From positions 17,279-81,278 of the forward strand of contig NIVC01002585.1 of the NCBI GenBank assembly GCA_002269645.1: a stretch of DNA of 64,000 nucleotides, in the 5' to 3' direction. The translations under genes and the position numbers were made by a program. The DNA is from Macrostomum lignano. Its lineage: Eukaryota. Under the pieces are notes generated by a model. That model did not search any database. It was given only the letters and a program-made list of their open reading frames with translations, and had not been told where the DNA came from. This document shows positions 11,009-22,419 of the stretch, piece by piece (the stretch's first letter is position 1; the number at the start of each line of letters is the position of its first letter).

Positions 11009-13309
11009 TTAATCATGTTCAAACTCTTTGAACAATGGCACAGCGCAATAACAGTCTTTGCTGAACGATTCTACTGGAACAGCGATGCAGGGTCGATCGA
11101 CCTCTGAAAAATTAACTATACGTTCGCGTCTGGCCGATCTGGGCGCATTAGACAGGGATATCAATACAAAATTGAATGTCGAAGACTTTTTGAACATGGA
11201 TTCCAGCAATGCTTTCCAATTAAGTAAATCGATGGGGAAAGTTGCTGCTGGTACTCGTAAAACAAAATCAAACAGCGAACCAATGGGATCCAAAATTTGC
11301 ACTCGAATAGTATTAGGCTCGAGGAACTCTGCAATAGTGCAGATTTCGCCGGACTTCAATTGGCAAAGATGGTTAGAATTTTTCGACGCACAAGCTGAGC
11401 TTGTCGAGAAAAAATGTCCATTAAAATAAGCAAGTGAGTTTCGAAGAATACCATGTGGCCTGGATGGCTCTAAAGATATAGAGTTAACTGCATCCACTAC
11501 AATAGAGTCCTTAACACAAGAAAAGTAGTGATGTAGCAACTTTTGAAACAAAAACTTGCGAACAAGCTGTGGGCCAAATGACACAGTTCCGCATAAGAAC
11601 TTTTTGAACATGCCAATGGAGCTCTCAAATGCGAACATAGAATAATTAAATACAGGTCCGTACAATTCGTACTGTTCAGCCATATGCAAAAGCAGGTGGA
11701 AATTAAGGCGGAGTACTTTCGGTCCGAATATTTGCTGAGCATTGGAGATAAAAGCTTTGCATAGCTTTTCGATATCAGTCTTATTTGATTGGGGGCTATA
11801 CAACATGTGATAAATAAGAACTAAATTAGTTAACAGCAGTTTCAATGGAAAATGCGAAATTCTCTGCAAAAACGTAGGAAGAAGAAAGTATAGCGCAAAG
11901 TTTTTAAAATGCTTTGCTTTCCAATCTGAAAAGCCTTTAAAATTTGTGTTGATTGTGATGCTAGAAGGAGTTATAGATTGACGAATACAATTAGATATGA
12001 AATCCATGCAATTAGCTGAGCAAAAATACAACTCGCGCCTGTTTGCAGGTAATGACAGCTCTTCTAGTAGATACTTGGTGTGGCCTTCGAAAAAGCAGTG
12101 TAAACTGTCAATAGGATTGCAGCTGGGAAACGGAACATAGTCTAACAAGCAACTGCGCATCTTTACGCCAAAAACAGGCCGATTTCGAATTTGTGCGAGC
12201 CGACAGTGTTCAAGATGGGAAGATGGGTTTCTCAAAGGAAACAAGTAGCCTTCACCATAGCGGAAGATCCAGTTTTTACCTTTCTCGGATACTTTAAAGC
12301 TCTCACCTGGGTGCAAGCACCTAGGACAGCTAAACGCACCATTGTACTGGTGAATGCAGAAGAGCTTAGCAAGAGCGGGCAAGTCACAAACAAAGAGTGT
12401 GTAATGGACATGAACGGTGTATTCCGAGAATATAAACTGTTTTGGCAAATTGTTCATAATTTCAGACAGAAAAGACTGGAAATGCGGGACTGCCTTCGAT
12501 GAAACAAGAGCAATTAGAATTAAATTTGCAAAGCGTTGACGGATGTAAACAGGAAGGTTTAGAAGTTGAGCCTGAAATGGCCAAAAGCTACTCTGAACAG
12601 ATTCAAAAAAATTGGCGCCATCAGCTGAGATTAGAAGATGCAAGTGAAGCGACTTGCCAGAAGATAGGCTTAAGCCTTGTTCTTTAACTATTTTGGAATT
12701 CAAAACGTCTGTGTTTTTATCCTTTTGCAATTCTTGCTCATACTGCAGAATAGTTGAAGTGTGGCTGCTTAAGATAGTCCGCAGCTGTGGAACAATATTG
12801 AGCTGTGTCACAGCAACCTTTGACTTTGGGGAATGAACCTGACACTGGCTTTTGCATTCTGGGCAAAAGCCAAATTCAGACACGTCACTATCATCAAGAG
12901 GGCAAGTATCTTGAATCAATGATTTGAGCAACTTGACGCTATTTGGAAGAGCTAGAGAATCTCTACTAAAAATAGAAAGTAGCTTCAGGAGTCTATCAAG
13001 AGCAGCCTCTGAAACTCCGGAAGTAATTGCCCACTGAAAAATCAGAGCCGCCTGCACACTGGGATCTGAGATGGAAGCCAAATTCGCTAAGCTATCTGAA
13101 CTCTCCTCAAGCACAGGCACAGCATTGTTTTCACCAATAAAAGTTTCCACAGCGTCAGGACAGCTGTGCGAGTGCGTTACACCGGCTTCGCTTGAAATTG
13201 AACTCCTATTACTTGTAGAAAAACTATTTGAGGGAGAAGAAATCGCCTGACAAGAGTAGGCTGAGTAATTAGTAGAAAGAGAGTGCTCAGATTCTGATTT
13301 ACTAGACAT
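11009..13309 (-). CDS. CMC/EnSpm (Transposase_21/Tnp2-like) DDE transposase, intronless, 766 aa, uninterrupted
   Basis: Motifs ISADGANF, SFWP, LNLPVYIR...NLIL, VCDLPALAK, GAFSCPRCLHPG, DSLHCFFEG, WKAKHFKNFALY, HLLLHMAEQYELYGP...SMFAFESSIG, as in animal EnSpm transposases. Confidence 0.88.
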   Translation of the reverse strand: MSSKSESEHSLSTNYSAYSCQAISSPSNSFSTSNRSSISSEAGVTHSHSCPDAVETFIGENNAVPVLEESSDSLANLASISDPSVQAALIFQWAITSGVSEAALDRLLKLLSIFSRDSLALPNSVKLLKSLIQDTCPLDDSDVSEFGFCPECKSQCQVHSPKSKVAVTQLNIVPQLRTILSSHTSTILQYEQELQKDKNTDVLNSKIVKEQGLSLSSGKSLHLHLLISADGANFFESVQSSFWPFQAQLLNLPVYIRQRFANLILIALVSSKAVPHFQSFLSEIMNNLPKQFIFSEYTVHVHYTLFVCDLPALAKLFCIHQYNGAFSCPRCLHPGESFKVSEKGKNWIFRYGEGYLFPLRNPSSHLEHCRLAQIRNRPVFGVKMRSCLLDYVPFPSCNPIDSLHCFFEGHTKYLLEELSLPANRRELYFCSANCMDFISNCIRQSITPSSITINTNFKGFSDWKAKHFKNFALYFLLPTFLQRISHFPLKLLLTNLVLIYHMLYSPQSNKTDIEKLCKAFISNAQQIFGPKVLRLNFHLLLHMAEQYELYGPVFNYSMFAFESSIGMFKKFLCGTVSFGPQLVRKFLFQKLLHHYFSCVKDSIVVDAVNSISLEPSRPHGILRNSLAYFNGHFFSTSSACASKNSNHLCQLKSGEICTIAEFLEPNTIRVQILDPIGSLFDFVLRVPAATFPIDLLNWKALLESMFKKSSTFNFVLISLSNAPRSARRERIVNFSEVDRPCIAVPVESFSKDCYCAVPLFKEFEHD

Positions 13310-13358
13310 AAAAATAGCAATTCAAATATTCAAAAGTTACTAGAATTTTTTCCGCAAT

Positions 13359-15309
13359 TCACGGTCCCATTCGCCTTGAGCGGGAAATGGAATCCCCTGA
13401 CTCGGGTCCAGAAGCAGCAGTTGAAGTTCGCTTTCTCGCCCGTGTCTCCTCCCTGGCCAGCTGATTGAGATGGTCTCGTACAGACTTCCAGATTTCGTGG
13501 AAGTCGTAGCCAGATGTTCGATAGCACAATTGAAGCAAACCTGAAAATTCACGAGTATAGTAAAATATTTTTACAATAGACATTGTGTACTGTGTTTATA
13601 GTAGAAATAGGCTAAATTTAAAAGGAAGTTGATTTATGATGCTAATCATTAAATAGGTCAATGGGATGTATTGAACTTTAGAACTATTTTTCCTCAATTT
13701 CTTTTATCTCAGACCTAAATGTGTTTTTTTAGAAAATATCCCAAGTATTGGATTCAGATCATTTAGCATTAATTAGCCTAAATTGCTTTATAATAAAAAA
13801 ATTGCACAAAACTGTGAAAAAATTATATATATATATTTACGTTGAAACTCTGTCACATGCTCAGATGGAGCAGGCCTTCGGGAACTGCGAGCACCACAGG
13901 ATGAATCGATTATATGCTCAAGCAAGTAGCCTTCGCCAAATCGCAGCTTGATATACCTTCGGAGGAACACCTTAGGATCGTTGCAAAGAATTGAAGACAG
14001 CTCAGCTAGGGAACCATCAATGCACCTAAATTCCTAAAAAATGTTATTATATAGTAGAACTTTTATACTACAGACGTGATGCTGCTGATGCTAAGAAAAA
14101 ACTGACATACCTCATTTTGGTATTCTTTAATTGTTAGCATTCCACCAAAGTTGTCATCCTTTTTTAAAAGTCGGCATATCCTTGCAGCAAGACGCTTCTC
14201 AAGAGAAAGCAACTCGGATTGAATGAACAGTTTTAGATCTAGAGTAAGATATATGCTCATATATAAAAATATGGTGATTTTGATTTTTAATAATGTGATT
14301 GTATCATATTAAAAAAATAAAATTATACCTTTCATTGTTGCATCCGATTCACTGTTTACTATCTGTACCCCTCGGAGGGGTTGCACTTCTTGAATTGCAC
14401 CTAGTGATAAAAAAGGCTTATTGCTACAAAAATATTGACTCATTTGGTATTTGGTTTTCAATTAGGTGTAATAGAATATACAAACTTGATTCCAAGAGGC
14501 CTGTGGCACGAGCTTGCTCATTTTCAACCAAAGATGCCTCTCTCTCAAATGCAGAAATGGCTTTTTCTAAAAAATAATAATTAATCAAATAATACAACAA
14601 AAAAAACAAATTGCAAACAATTAATAGTTCATATATATTGCAGTTTTACTCATTGATTGAGTAGCTGGTATCGCCAAATTTGGTTCGCCACTTTCACTAT
14701 CCACTTCATAAAGCTCGTCAAGTAGTCCATGCTGATGACAACTAGAACTTGAAGCAACCTGCTTTGAACTAGATGACCTTATTGTCCTTACATTTGCAAT
14801 GCCAGCTTGGGGATCTTTCATTGCAAAAAGCTCAATAGCTTGGCTAATCAATGAATCAGTATTTTCAGCCTCACTAACCAAGTTGGAAAGTTGGTTCATA
14901 GTTGAAGCCATTTGCCTTTCACTACCTTTTGCCACAAGTGTAGCAGAAAATAGTTTGCCATACATGCGTAAAAAGACTTTAGTCCCCTAAAATATAATTT
15001 AATAAAGTAATATTACATTTGTAGTTGGAATAATTTGTTTTAGAAACCATGTACTCAATAACAAAATATTATGCATATAAATCCAACTTAAAATCTTACT
15101 TGTGCAAGTTCCAACTTTTCATCATTAGTTATTGTACTTGGCCAATAGGGAGACCCAAATGCAATGGTCACATATTGCTCATCATGGCCAACATTGTGAA
15201 GAATAAAGCAGAAAAACAATGCTGAATTGTCATTTCCAAATTTAGAAGTACTTTTTGTCTGCTTTCGAAGAGGCCTAGAATTAGATGCACTTAATCCAAT
15301 ATCATCCAT
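13359..15309 (-). CDS. Six-exon transposon accessory protein (~376 aa, TnpA-like position) with a BEN-like C-terminal domain
   Basis: Exons 15309-15100, 14986-14650, 14566-14486, 14238-14111, 14033-13841 and 13540-13359 all have GT-AG borders and matching phases (0,1,1,0,1), giving one open frame of 1131 nt. C-terminus PKVFLRRYIKLRFGEGYLLEH...FQRLLQLCY...EIWKSVRDHLNQLAREETR resembles the BEN-domain helical pattern (by eye). Confidence 0.72.
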
Positions 15310-17844
15310 AACAATTTGTTCTGAAAAAGTTTCACAAGGAGATAAGGTTTGAAGAATCAATCAAGAGGCCAATGACAAACCAATTAGAATTGTATATAAA
15401 AAAAATTTAATGTAGGGACCCTAGGCCCCTATGATTTTAAATAAAAATTATAATATAAGGCCTAGGCCCTATATATAGGCCTATAATTATAAAGTTGTGC
15501 CATTGTGGATTTTCTGATACAAAGTAGACAATATTAGGCCTAATTGGGCCTAGTCTAGTCTAGTTTTGATTATAGACTGTATATTAGATACAAAGGACAT
15601 GAAAGGTCTCGAAATTAAGTACCAATTACCATAATATACTATTATTTTTTATTATTTTGAAACTGTCAGCCTACCATGTGATTTTTATCATTAGGCTATG
15701 GCCTAGGTCTAGGATGCCACTTTAGACTAGGCCTTTGGCTTTGGTTAGGCCAACCTATCATTATAAAAATGCAGCAAAATATCATTCAAAAATATACATC
15801 TAACCCCTATAGGTTATCTTTGCATCCCAAATATAATATATAATAGGGTTTCTATTTTCTAATATATCTACAAATACAATTTTCACTGAAGGAGTGAAGA
15901 TCAAAATTAGCATGTCAAAAAACCTTACAAGCCACCGAATTTTAAAACTAGCTACCAAAAGTGGAACTGGAAGTATATAGCTAAGAAAAAACATAAACAT
16001 AAACATAGCACATAGTGACACATAATGAAATGATGACAACATGCAAGAGTGACAGAGTCCTCTTAGAAAGGAAAAATAGGCCTAGTAATTTATGTTTATG
16101 GGAAGTTAAGTCCGTAATTAACTAAACCGAAACAAAATGGCCAACAAAATTGCTGGTAATATATTCAAAGCAATTTGTAGGTGAAGATTTTAACAAATTT
16201 ATTAAACTATTTTTTGTATTTACAATTTCGCTTTTATTAAATATATTTAAAACTTTATTAGATATACATAAAATAGCCTGAAATTTTTTATAAGCTTAGT
16301 TATTTATTTTCCCGTATGAACTCCCTGACATGGATGATTTTACCATGGAAAGTTTTAAAAATCCATGCATGAAAATACCATGAACATGCATGATTTATCA
16401 ATGGATCATGGATCATAGATGATTTATCCATGATAAGAGAGTAGGGTAATGCCTGAATGAGTTTTTTGCGCTACATGTATATACAATTAATTATACTTTT
16501 AATTCACCGTAAATAATTTTCTTAAGTATATATACTTCTTGTACCTTTACAAATGTACCTGATCTGCATGTTCAGGGTGAATCTCACTCAGTAAGTCGTG
16601 GCAATTAAATATCATCAGATAAGCCGGCTAAGTTTAGTAGCGTATCACTCTGTTACATTATCTCACTGAAAAGCCTAGCTTGTCTGCGGATTTATAATTC
16701 ATCGGGTCTCTCTATTATTGTTTTTCTCTGTGGTAAACTATACAGTGTACATGTAAATGCTGGAGCACATCTTGTTGGCCATCTGCTGTTGCTGAGAGCA
16801 AATTGTTGCTTGATTGTTGACCATGGAAGGCACGCTATAAGCATAATATATTAGATTTGGATAACGGAAGCTAGTTTTGAAAAGCTATAGTTTTGGATGA
16901 CGTGTATTTTGTGAGGACAATATGCTTCTGCGCGCAGGTTCGGGCGCCTCCGCGACGCTCTCCTTCTCCCCAGCTGCTAGGCCAGCGCGTTATGGGATGT
17001 CCGGAAGTAGAAGTAGTAGTATAGTAGCCAGTAGTAACTCTTGAGTCTCACTCTCACAAAACTATAATACGTACGAGCGCGTAGGCTCGTGAAAGATTCA
17101 GTGCGCAAGTGTACATGTACTCTCTCTATAAGGTCTACAGTTGTATACATACATTGGACAGTATAAGTTCTCACAATTTCTCAGCCAAGTGCAACTCTGA
17201 CTAATCTTACTCGCGCTTTTCTCTCTCACTAATATTCTCTTCTCTCCAAACCCACAAAGTACGTATACTCGTACATGTACACTGTCGAAACCTCTCTCCC
17301 CTTTCACACTTCAGTGCAAGGTCCAGGGAGAAAATGACAGAGCCGCTCTATGGCCAGCTACATACGTACACAGCTATAACCAGCCAGTTCTTGCATCCTA
17401 AACAGCCACGCGGTGCACTTACTGGCCGCCGCATTCTGGATGTGCACTGCAAGCCCCGGACGGAGTGAATTGAAGCATAGAAGTAGCTATAGGCGGATCC
17501 TGGAACCTTCGAATTCTCTGTACAGATTCTGGATAAGGAAGATCCTGACGTGTAAGTATACTGACGTACTTCAGCAAAAGATTTAACTGGCATAAACGTT
17601 TAAAGGAACTGTACAGTCATCATCAAGATTTCGACGTTTCATCTGAATAGAATTTCCTCAAATGAATCCGATCGAATATGAAACGAGGAAGCTGGGTTGA
17701 CAGCTAGCTGACGAATAACGGAAACTGCAGGCTATATGAGGCGTGGCACGCAAACGTCGTAAGTGCGTGCTTATATACGATCGTAGCTCAATCAAGACAG
17801 AAGACTTCAAGGACACTACCGTTGGCTCAACTACCACGTCGGCA

Positions 17845-20141
17845 ATGGATTCGCCTGTTACAAGCCCAACTGATGGATATTTTCTACCGGAGATGACTCC
17901 AAGCGACTTAGACACTGTCCGTCATCAGTTTGAACCTCTTGGCTTAGTGTTCACCTACCAGATGCACGTGTACCACATACCTTGCGTAGATATTGAAAAA
18001 TTGTTAATGGCAAATTGTTCAAGCTTTCAAGGCATGACAGATGCGCAACAGTCGTATCTGTTGGAGAAAATCTCTAAAGCTTCTGACTCTGCTAAAGATG
18101 GTCACGAAAATGTGCGACGAACCATGTCTATAATCAGCAGTTATTTGCAACCGTTCATGCCCGAACTCACCAGTTGTTTAAGCCCCATTGGCAAGCTCCG
18201 GGATTTTGATTGGCCAGACTGCATCGAGAAATTCTCGGCGAGTGTCAAAGTAACCGATCTACAACTTGTTGAGATCAGCGATAGACATTTGCGCAAAATT
18301 CGTCTGGCAGAAGATCCTGGACAACACTGCCTGTCAAAACCCATCTACGGCAACGAGCAAGCGTTTCCGTTGGATGCCGAAATAAATCCGGAAATTCTGC
18401 GTGCTGAAATTTTGCTGAACAAAATTGACAGCGCCCGCGACTGCGGAAACGGTTGGGACCGTTCTGGAGTTGATGCGGGATGCTGCTTTGACAGAATCTT
18501 CAACAATAGACCAAATGGCTGCTTGTGTGATTCAGGTATGCGTTTTCTGTTAATTGTGCAGTGTTCTTTGAGTTTGAAGAGGGTGTCGTTTAAGTTTGAA
18601 GAGGGTATCCTTTGAGTTTGAAGAGGGTGTCCTTTGAGTTTGAAGAGGGTATCCTTTGAGTTTGAAGAGGGTATCCTTTGAGTTTGAAGAGGGTGTCCTT
18701 TGAGTTTGAAGAGGGTATCCTTTGAGTTTGAAGAGGGTATCCTTTGAGTTTGAAGAGGGTATCCTTTGAGTTTGAAGAGGGTGTCTTGTCGGTTGAAGAG
18801 GGTGTCTTGTCGGTTGAAGAGAGTGTCTTGTCCGATGAAGAGGGTGTCTTGTCGGTTGAAGAGGGTGTCTTGTCGGTTGAAGAGGGGGTGTCTTGTCCGA
18901 TGAAGAGGGTGTCTTGTCGGTTGATGAGGGTGTCTTGTCGGTTGAAGAGAGTGTCTTGTCCGATGAAGAGGGTGTCTTGTCGGTTGAAGAGGGTGTCTTG
19001 TCGGTTGAAGAGGGGGTGTCTTGTCGGTAGAAGAGGGTATCTTGTCGGTTGAAGAGGGTGTCTTGTCGGTTAAAGAGGGTGTCTTGTCGGTAGAAAAGGG
19101 TGTCTTGTCGGTAGAAGAGGGTGTCTTGTCGGTTGAAGAGAGTGTCTTGTCCGATGAAGAGGGTGTCTTGTCGGTTGAAGAGGGTGTCTTGTCGGTTGAA
19201 GAGGGGGTGTCTTGTCGGTAGAAGAGGGTGTCTTGTCGGTTGATGAGGGTGTCTTGTCGGTTGAAGAGAGTGTCTTGTCCGATGAAGAGGGTGTCTTGTC
19301 GGTTGAAGAGGGTGTCTTGTCGGTTGAAGAGGGGGTGTCTTGTCGGTAGAAGAGGGTATCTTGTCGGTTGAAGAGGGTGTCTTGTCGGTTAAAGAGGGTG
19401 TCTTGTCGGTTAAAGAGGGTGTCTTGTCGGTAGAAAAGGGTGTCTTGTCGGTTGAAGAGAATGTCCTTTGAGTTTGAAGAGGGTGCATGTCCTGTTGGCT
19501 GGAGGGTATCTTCTGTTCCTGTGTAAAGTTTTCAATTTGTTATAAAAAACCCTGCTTTTATAAAAAAGTCGGCAATAGTTAGTTCCCTAGCGGGTGTCAG
19601 TGGGCTGAGCATTTATATTCTTTTTACTAAAGATTCGATTGTTTGAGTAGAAGCAGCTCACGGCAGTTTTAAACCCCCTAGAGATAATCAAGCTCACTCT
19701 GTCTCATTACCAGATCCAGTGCCAGCGCTGATTGAGCCGTCCCAGCTGTACAGACCCTACCTCAACAACTGGCAACCACTAGACTTCTCCGACCCAGTTG
19801 TCCCCAACTTCTCCAATGCCAACAATATCGAAGAGTTTCAGTCGTTCGACTCGCAGTCACTCCAACGAAGACGCCTGCTGGCAGTGACTGGCGGACTCAC
19901 CTGGCGCCAGAAGCAGCACCGTCAGCAGCTGCTCGCAGTTCGACTGGCTACTCGGTCAGCCCTGATCGGTCTGAAGCACAGCATCAGTGTGGAACCGGCT
20001 AAAAACTACCTGGAACTCTACGTGAACATGATTAGCAGAGCTGTGGAGGCCACATCGGTTCACGTCAGACGTTGGTCATTTCATTTGGAGCACAGTTGGA
20101 AAGAGTTTAAAGATTTGGCAACTGAAGAGCTACCTTATTGA
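17845..20141 (+). CDS. Uncharacterised protein, two coding exons (about 17845-18535, 19714-20141)
   Basis: The long ORF 17743-18615 has a donor TCAG|GTATG at 18535 (phase 1). It joins acceptor TTACCAG|AT at 19714 in frame with ORF 19719-20141. First in-frame ATG is at 17845. No family recognised. Confidence 0.6.
18568..19485. repeat. Compound 22-bp (CTTTGAGTTTGAAGAGGGTATC) and 21-bp (TTGTCGGTTGAAGAGGGTGTC) minisatellite, intronic
   Basis: Two related unit types share the core TGAAGAGGGT. ORFs 18550-19488, 18744-19052 and 19021-19221 are repeat translations. Confidence 0.95.
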
Positions 20142-20159
20142 TCGATTAATTGAGTTCAG

Positions 20160-20725
20160 TTAACCTCCCCTCAGTGCCCTCGCATCACCTTAGTAGTGCC
20201 CTCCCGTCACCTCTTTCAGTGACCTAAAATCACCTCCATCAGTGCTCTGATATCAACTCCATCAGTGCGCTGATATCACTTCCATCAGTGCCCTAAAATA
20301 TCCTCCCTCAGTGCTTTAAAATATCCTCCCTTAGTGCCCTAAAATATCTCCCTCAGTGCTTTAAAATATCCTCCCTTAGTGCCCTAAAATATCTCCCTCA
20401 GTGCTTTAAAATAACCTCCCTCAGTGCCCTAAAATAACCTCCCTCAGTGCTTTAAAATAACCTCCCTCAGTGCCCTAAAATATCCTCTCTCAGTGCCCTA
20501 AAATATCCTCCCTCAGTGCCCTAAAATAACCTCTCTCAGTGCCCTAAAATAACCTCTCTCAGTGCTTTAAAATAACCTCCCTCAGTGCCCTAAAATAACC
20601 TCCCTCAGTGCTTTAAAATAACCTCCCTCAGTGCCCTAAAATATCCTCTCTCAGTGCCCTAAAATATCCTCCCTCAGTGCCCTAAAATAACCTCTCTCAG
20701 TGCCCTAAGATAACCTCAGCGCCCT
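20160..20725. repeat. ~23-24-bp minisatellite (CCCTCAGTGCCCTAAAATAACCT)n, 3' of the uncharacterised gene
   Basis: Visible tandem array. Confidence 0.9.
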
Positions 20726-21170
20726 CACATCACATAGTTTTTTACATACAATAAAAATAACACAATATTGACAAAATTAAATTAACCATACGTCTATATG
20801 TACGAATGATACAACGAACTTATAAAAATATCAGGTTTTTTTGTCTATACAAAAATTATTCCAGAAAATTAAATTGTTTTATTTTCGTATAGAAGTTTAT
20901 ATGCATAGATTTCTTTCACTGAAAAACTGTATACGAAGTATGTTTTTATTTGACATTCAAATGTCATTTCAAACTAGTCATTTAGTAAAAAACAATCTAT
21001 GCGAACCTGAGTTGATCAGCTGTCTGTGCATGTTGTGTGTCTTATTTTATTCAGAAATATATACGGGCATCCAAACTATTTTTTTGAGTTAAACGAAACC
21101 TTTTTTGTTCTTTCGTTACGTTAAATTACGTTTGTATTGAACCGAAAGATAGATTAAATTTTTTATTGAA

Positions 21171-21460
21171 GGGGTTGTAGCCTACTGGTTGGAGCGTCGA
21201 ACTCACGACTGAAAGGTCGGGGGTTCGATTCCCGATCCACCACTCGGAACAATTTGTGTCCTTTAAGCAAGACACTTAACTCTGCATTGCTTCAGTTCAC
21301 CCAGCTGTAAAATAGGTGCCAGCATTAGCTGGGGTAATTGAGGGTGCGTGTGGCGACCCCCCAGTCCTTGGACCGTACGCAGCCTTCAGATGCGCCGCGC
21401 AATAGCTGCGGCTGACTGACTGGTTGACACATAGACAACAGACAGATACAGACAGACAGA
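21171..21460 (+). mobile_element. tRNA-derived CORE-like SINE (copy 2) with AGAC-type tail
   Basis: GGGGTTGTAGCCTACTGGTT...GGTTCGATTCCC head and a body near-identical to 5130-5394. It ends in ACAGACAGA repeats. Confidence 0.85.
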
Positions 21461-22419
21461 AAGCCAGAAAATTAAACAAACCATGAAACACATTAGGAAT
21501 GATTTACAATGTTTTACTCAAACGCGCATAGGAGCTAATATAGCATGTGTATTATTTGTACAAAGTACTTGGTAAAAACCGTGTATTCTTACTTGAAAAT
21601 GGTCAGCACTAAACATCGTAGAGTTCATAGTTACACCACAAGCAAAGCATATTAGACTGAGTATAAATTAATAATTGAAAAAGTTGTCAGCAAACAATCC
21701 TGATTTCAATAGCCAAGTGCACAGAGTACTACTTAATAACAGAAGGGAATAGAGGTTTTTACAACTTTTTTTAGAACAAGGAAAAAACGATTTGGTAATC
21801 ATTAGCATATAAATATAGACCATTGCAAGAATTTTTAGAAGTTTGTTTAGATCTGCCGCTGAAATGATCAAAACTATAAAATGCTAATAAACTGTAAAGA
21901 GAAAGTATTAAACACAATAAAAAACAAGAACAATGTTTATGTACCTGATTAAATGTACATTTATATGTATTTAAAAAGTCTTCAACAATCTTAAAACATA
22001 GATTTACACCAAGAAAATGTACTACTATAAGTAGCTAAAAACCTCGACAGATTTTGGAATGCTCTTGCTAAATATTGAAACAAAAACCCGATTTAATGCA
22101 TAACAAGTACATTAAAATTGTAAATATATAATTATTTATAAAAACCAATTACGAAAAATTCTTAACTCTGGAATGTAACAACTGTTATAACAAAATGGGA
22201 ATGTTAAGTAATTTACTATTAATCATTAAAGAAATCAAAATATTAATAGCACATTAATAGAGTAATTATGGTACAATTGTACATTCAAACATATAAAACT
22301 TTTAGTGCTTAGATACAATTCATTCTTATAGGTACTTTAGCTCATTTTTAGCAAAGCCGTTTATGCAAAATTTCTGTGAGTTGTAATTATTAGTTTTAAG
22401 ACTTCTAAATTTGTGTCTA

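Larger units (their letters stand above)
9862..16446 (-). mobile_element. Apparently complete CMC/EnSpm (CACTA-like) DNA transposon, 6585 bp, with two genes
   Basis: TIRs CCCTACTCTC...CATGGATAAATCAT match 25/28 between 9862 and 16446. Both ends carry CATGGA/TCCATG-rich subterminal repeats. TA flanks each side (9860-9861, 16447-16448). It contains an EnSpm-type transposase and a spliced accessory gene. Confidence 0.9.

Noticed and set aside
9862-16446. piggyBac element (CCCT...AGGG ends)
   Set aside because: The flanks are TATA/TAAT (shared TA), not TTAA, and the transposase motifs are CMC/EnSpm-type.
18550-19488. 312-aa ORF on the minus strand
   Set aside because: It is purely the translation of the 21/22-bp intronic minisatellite.
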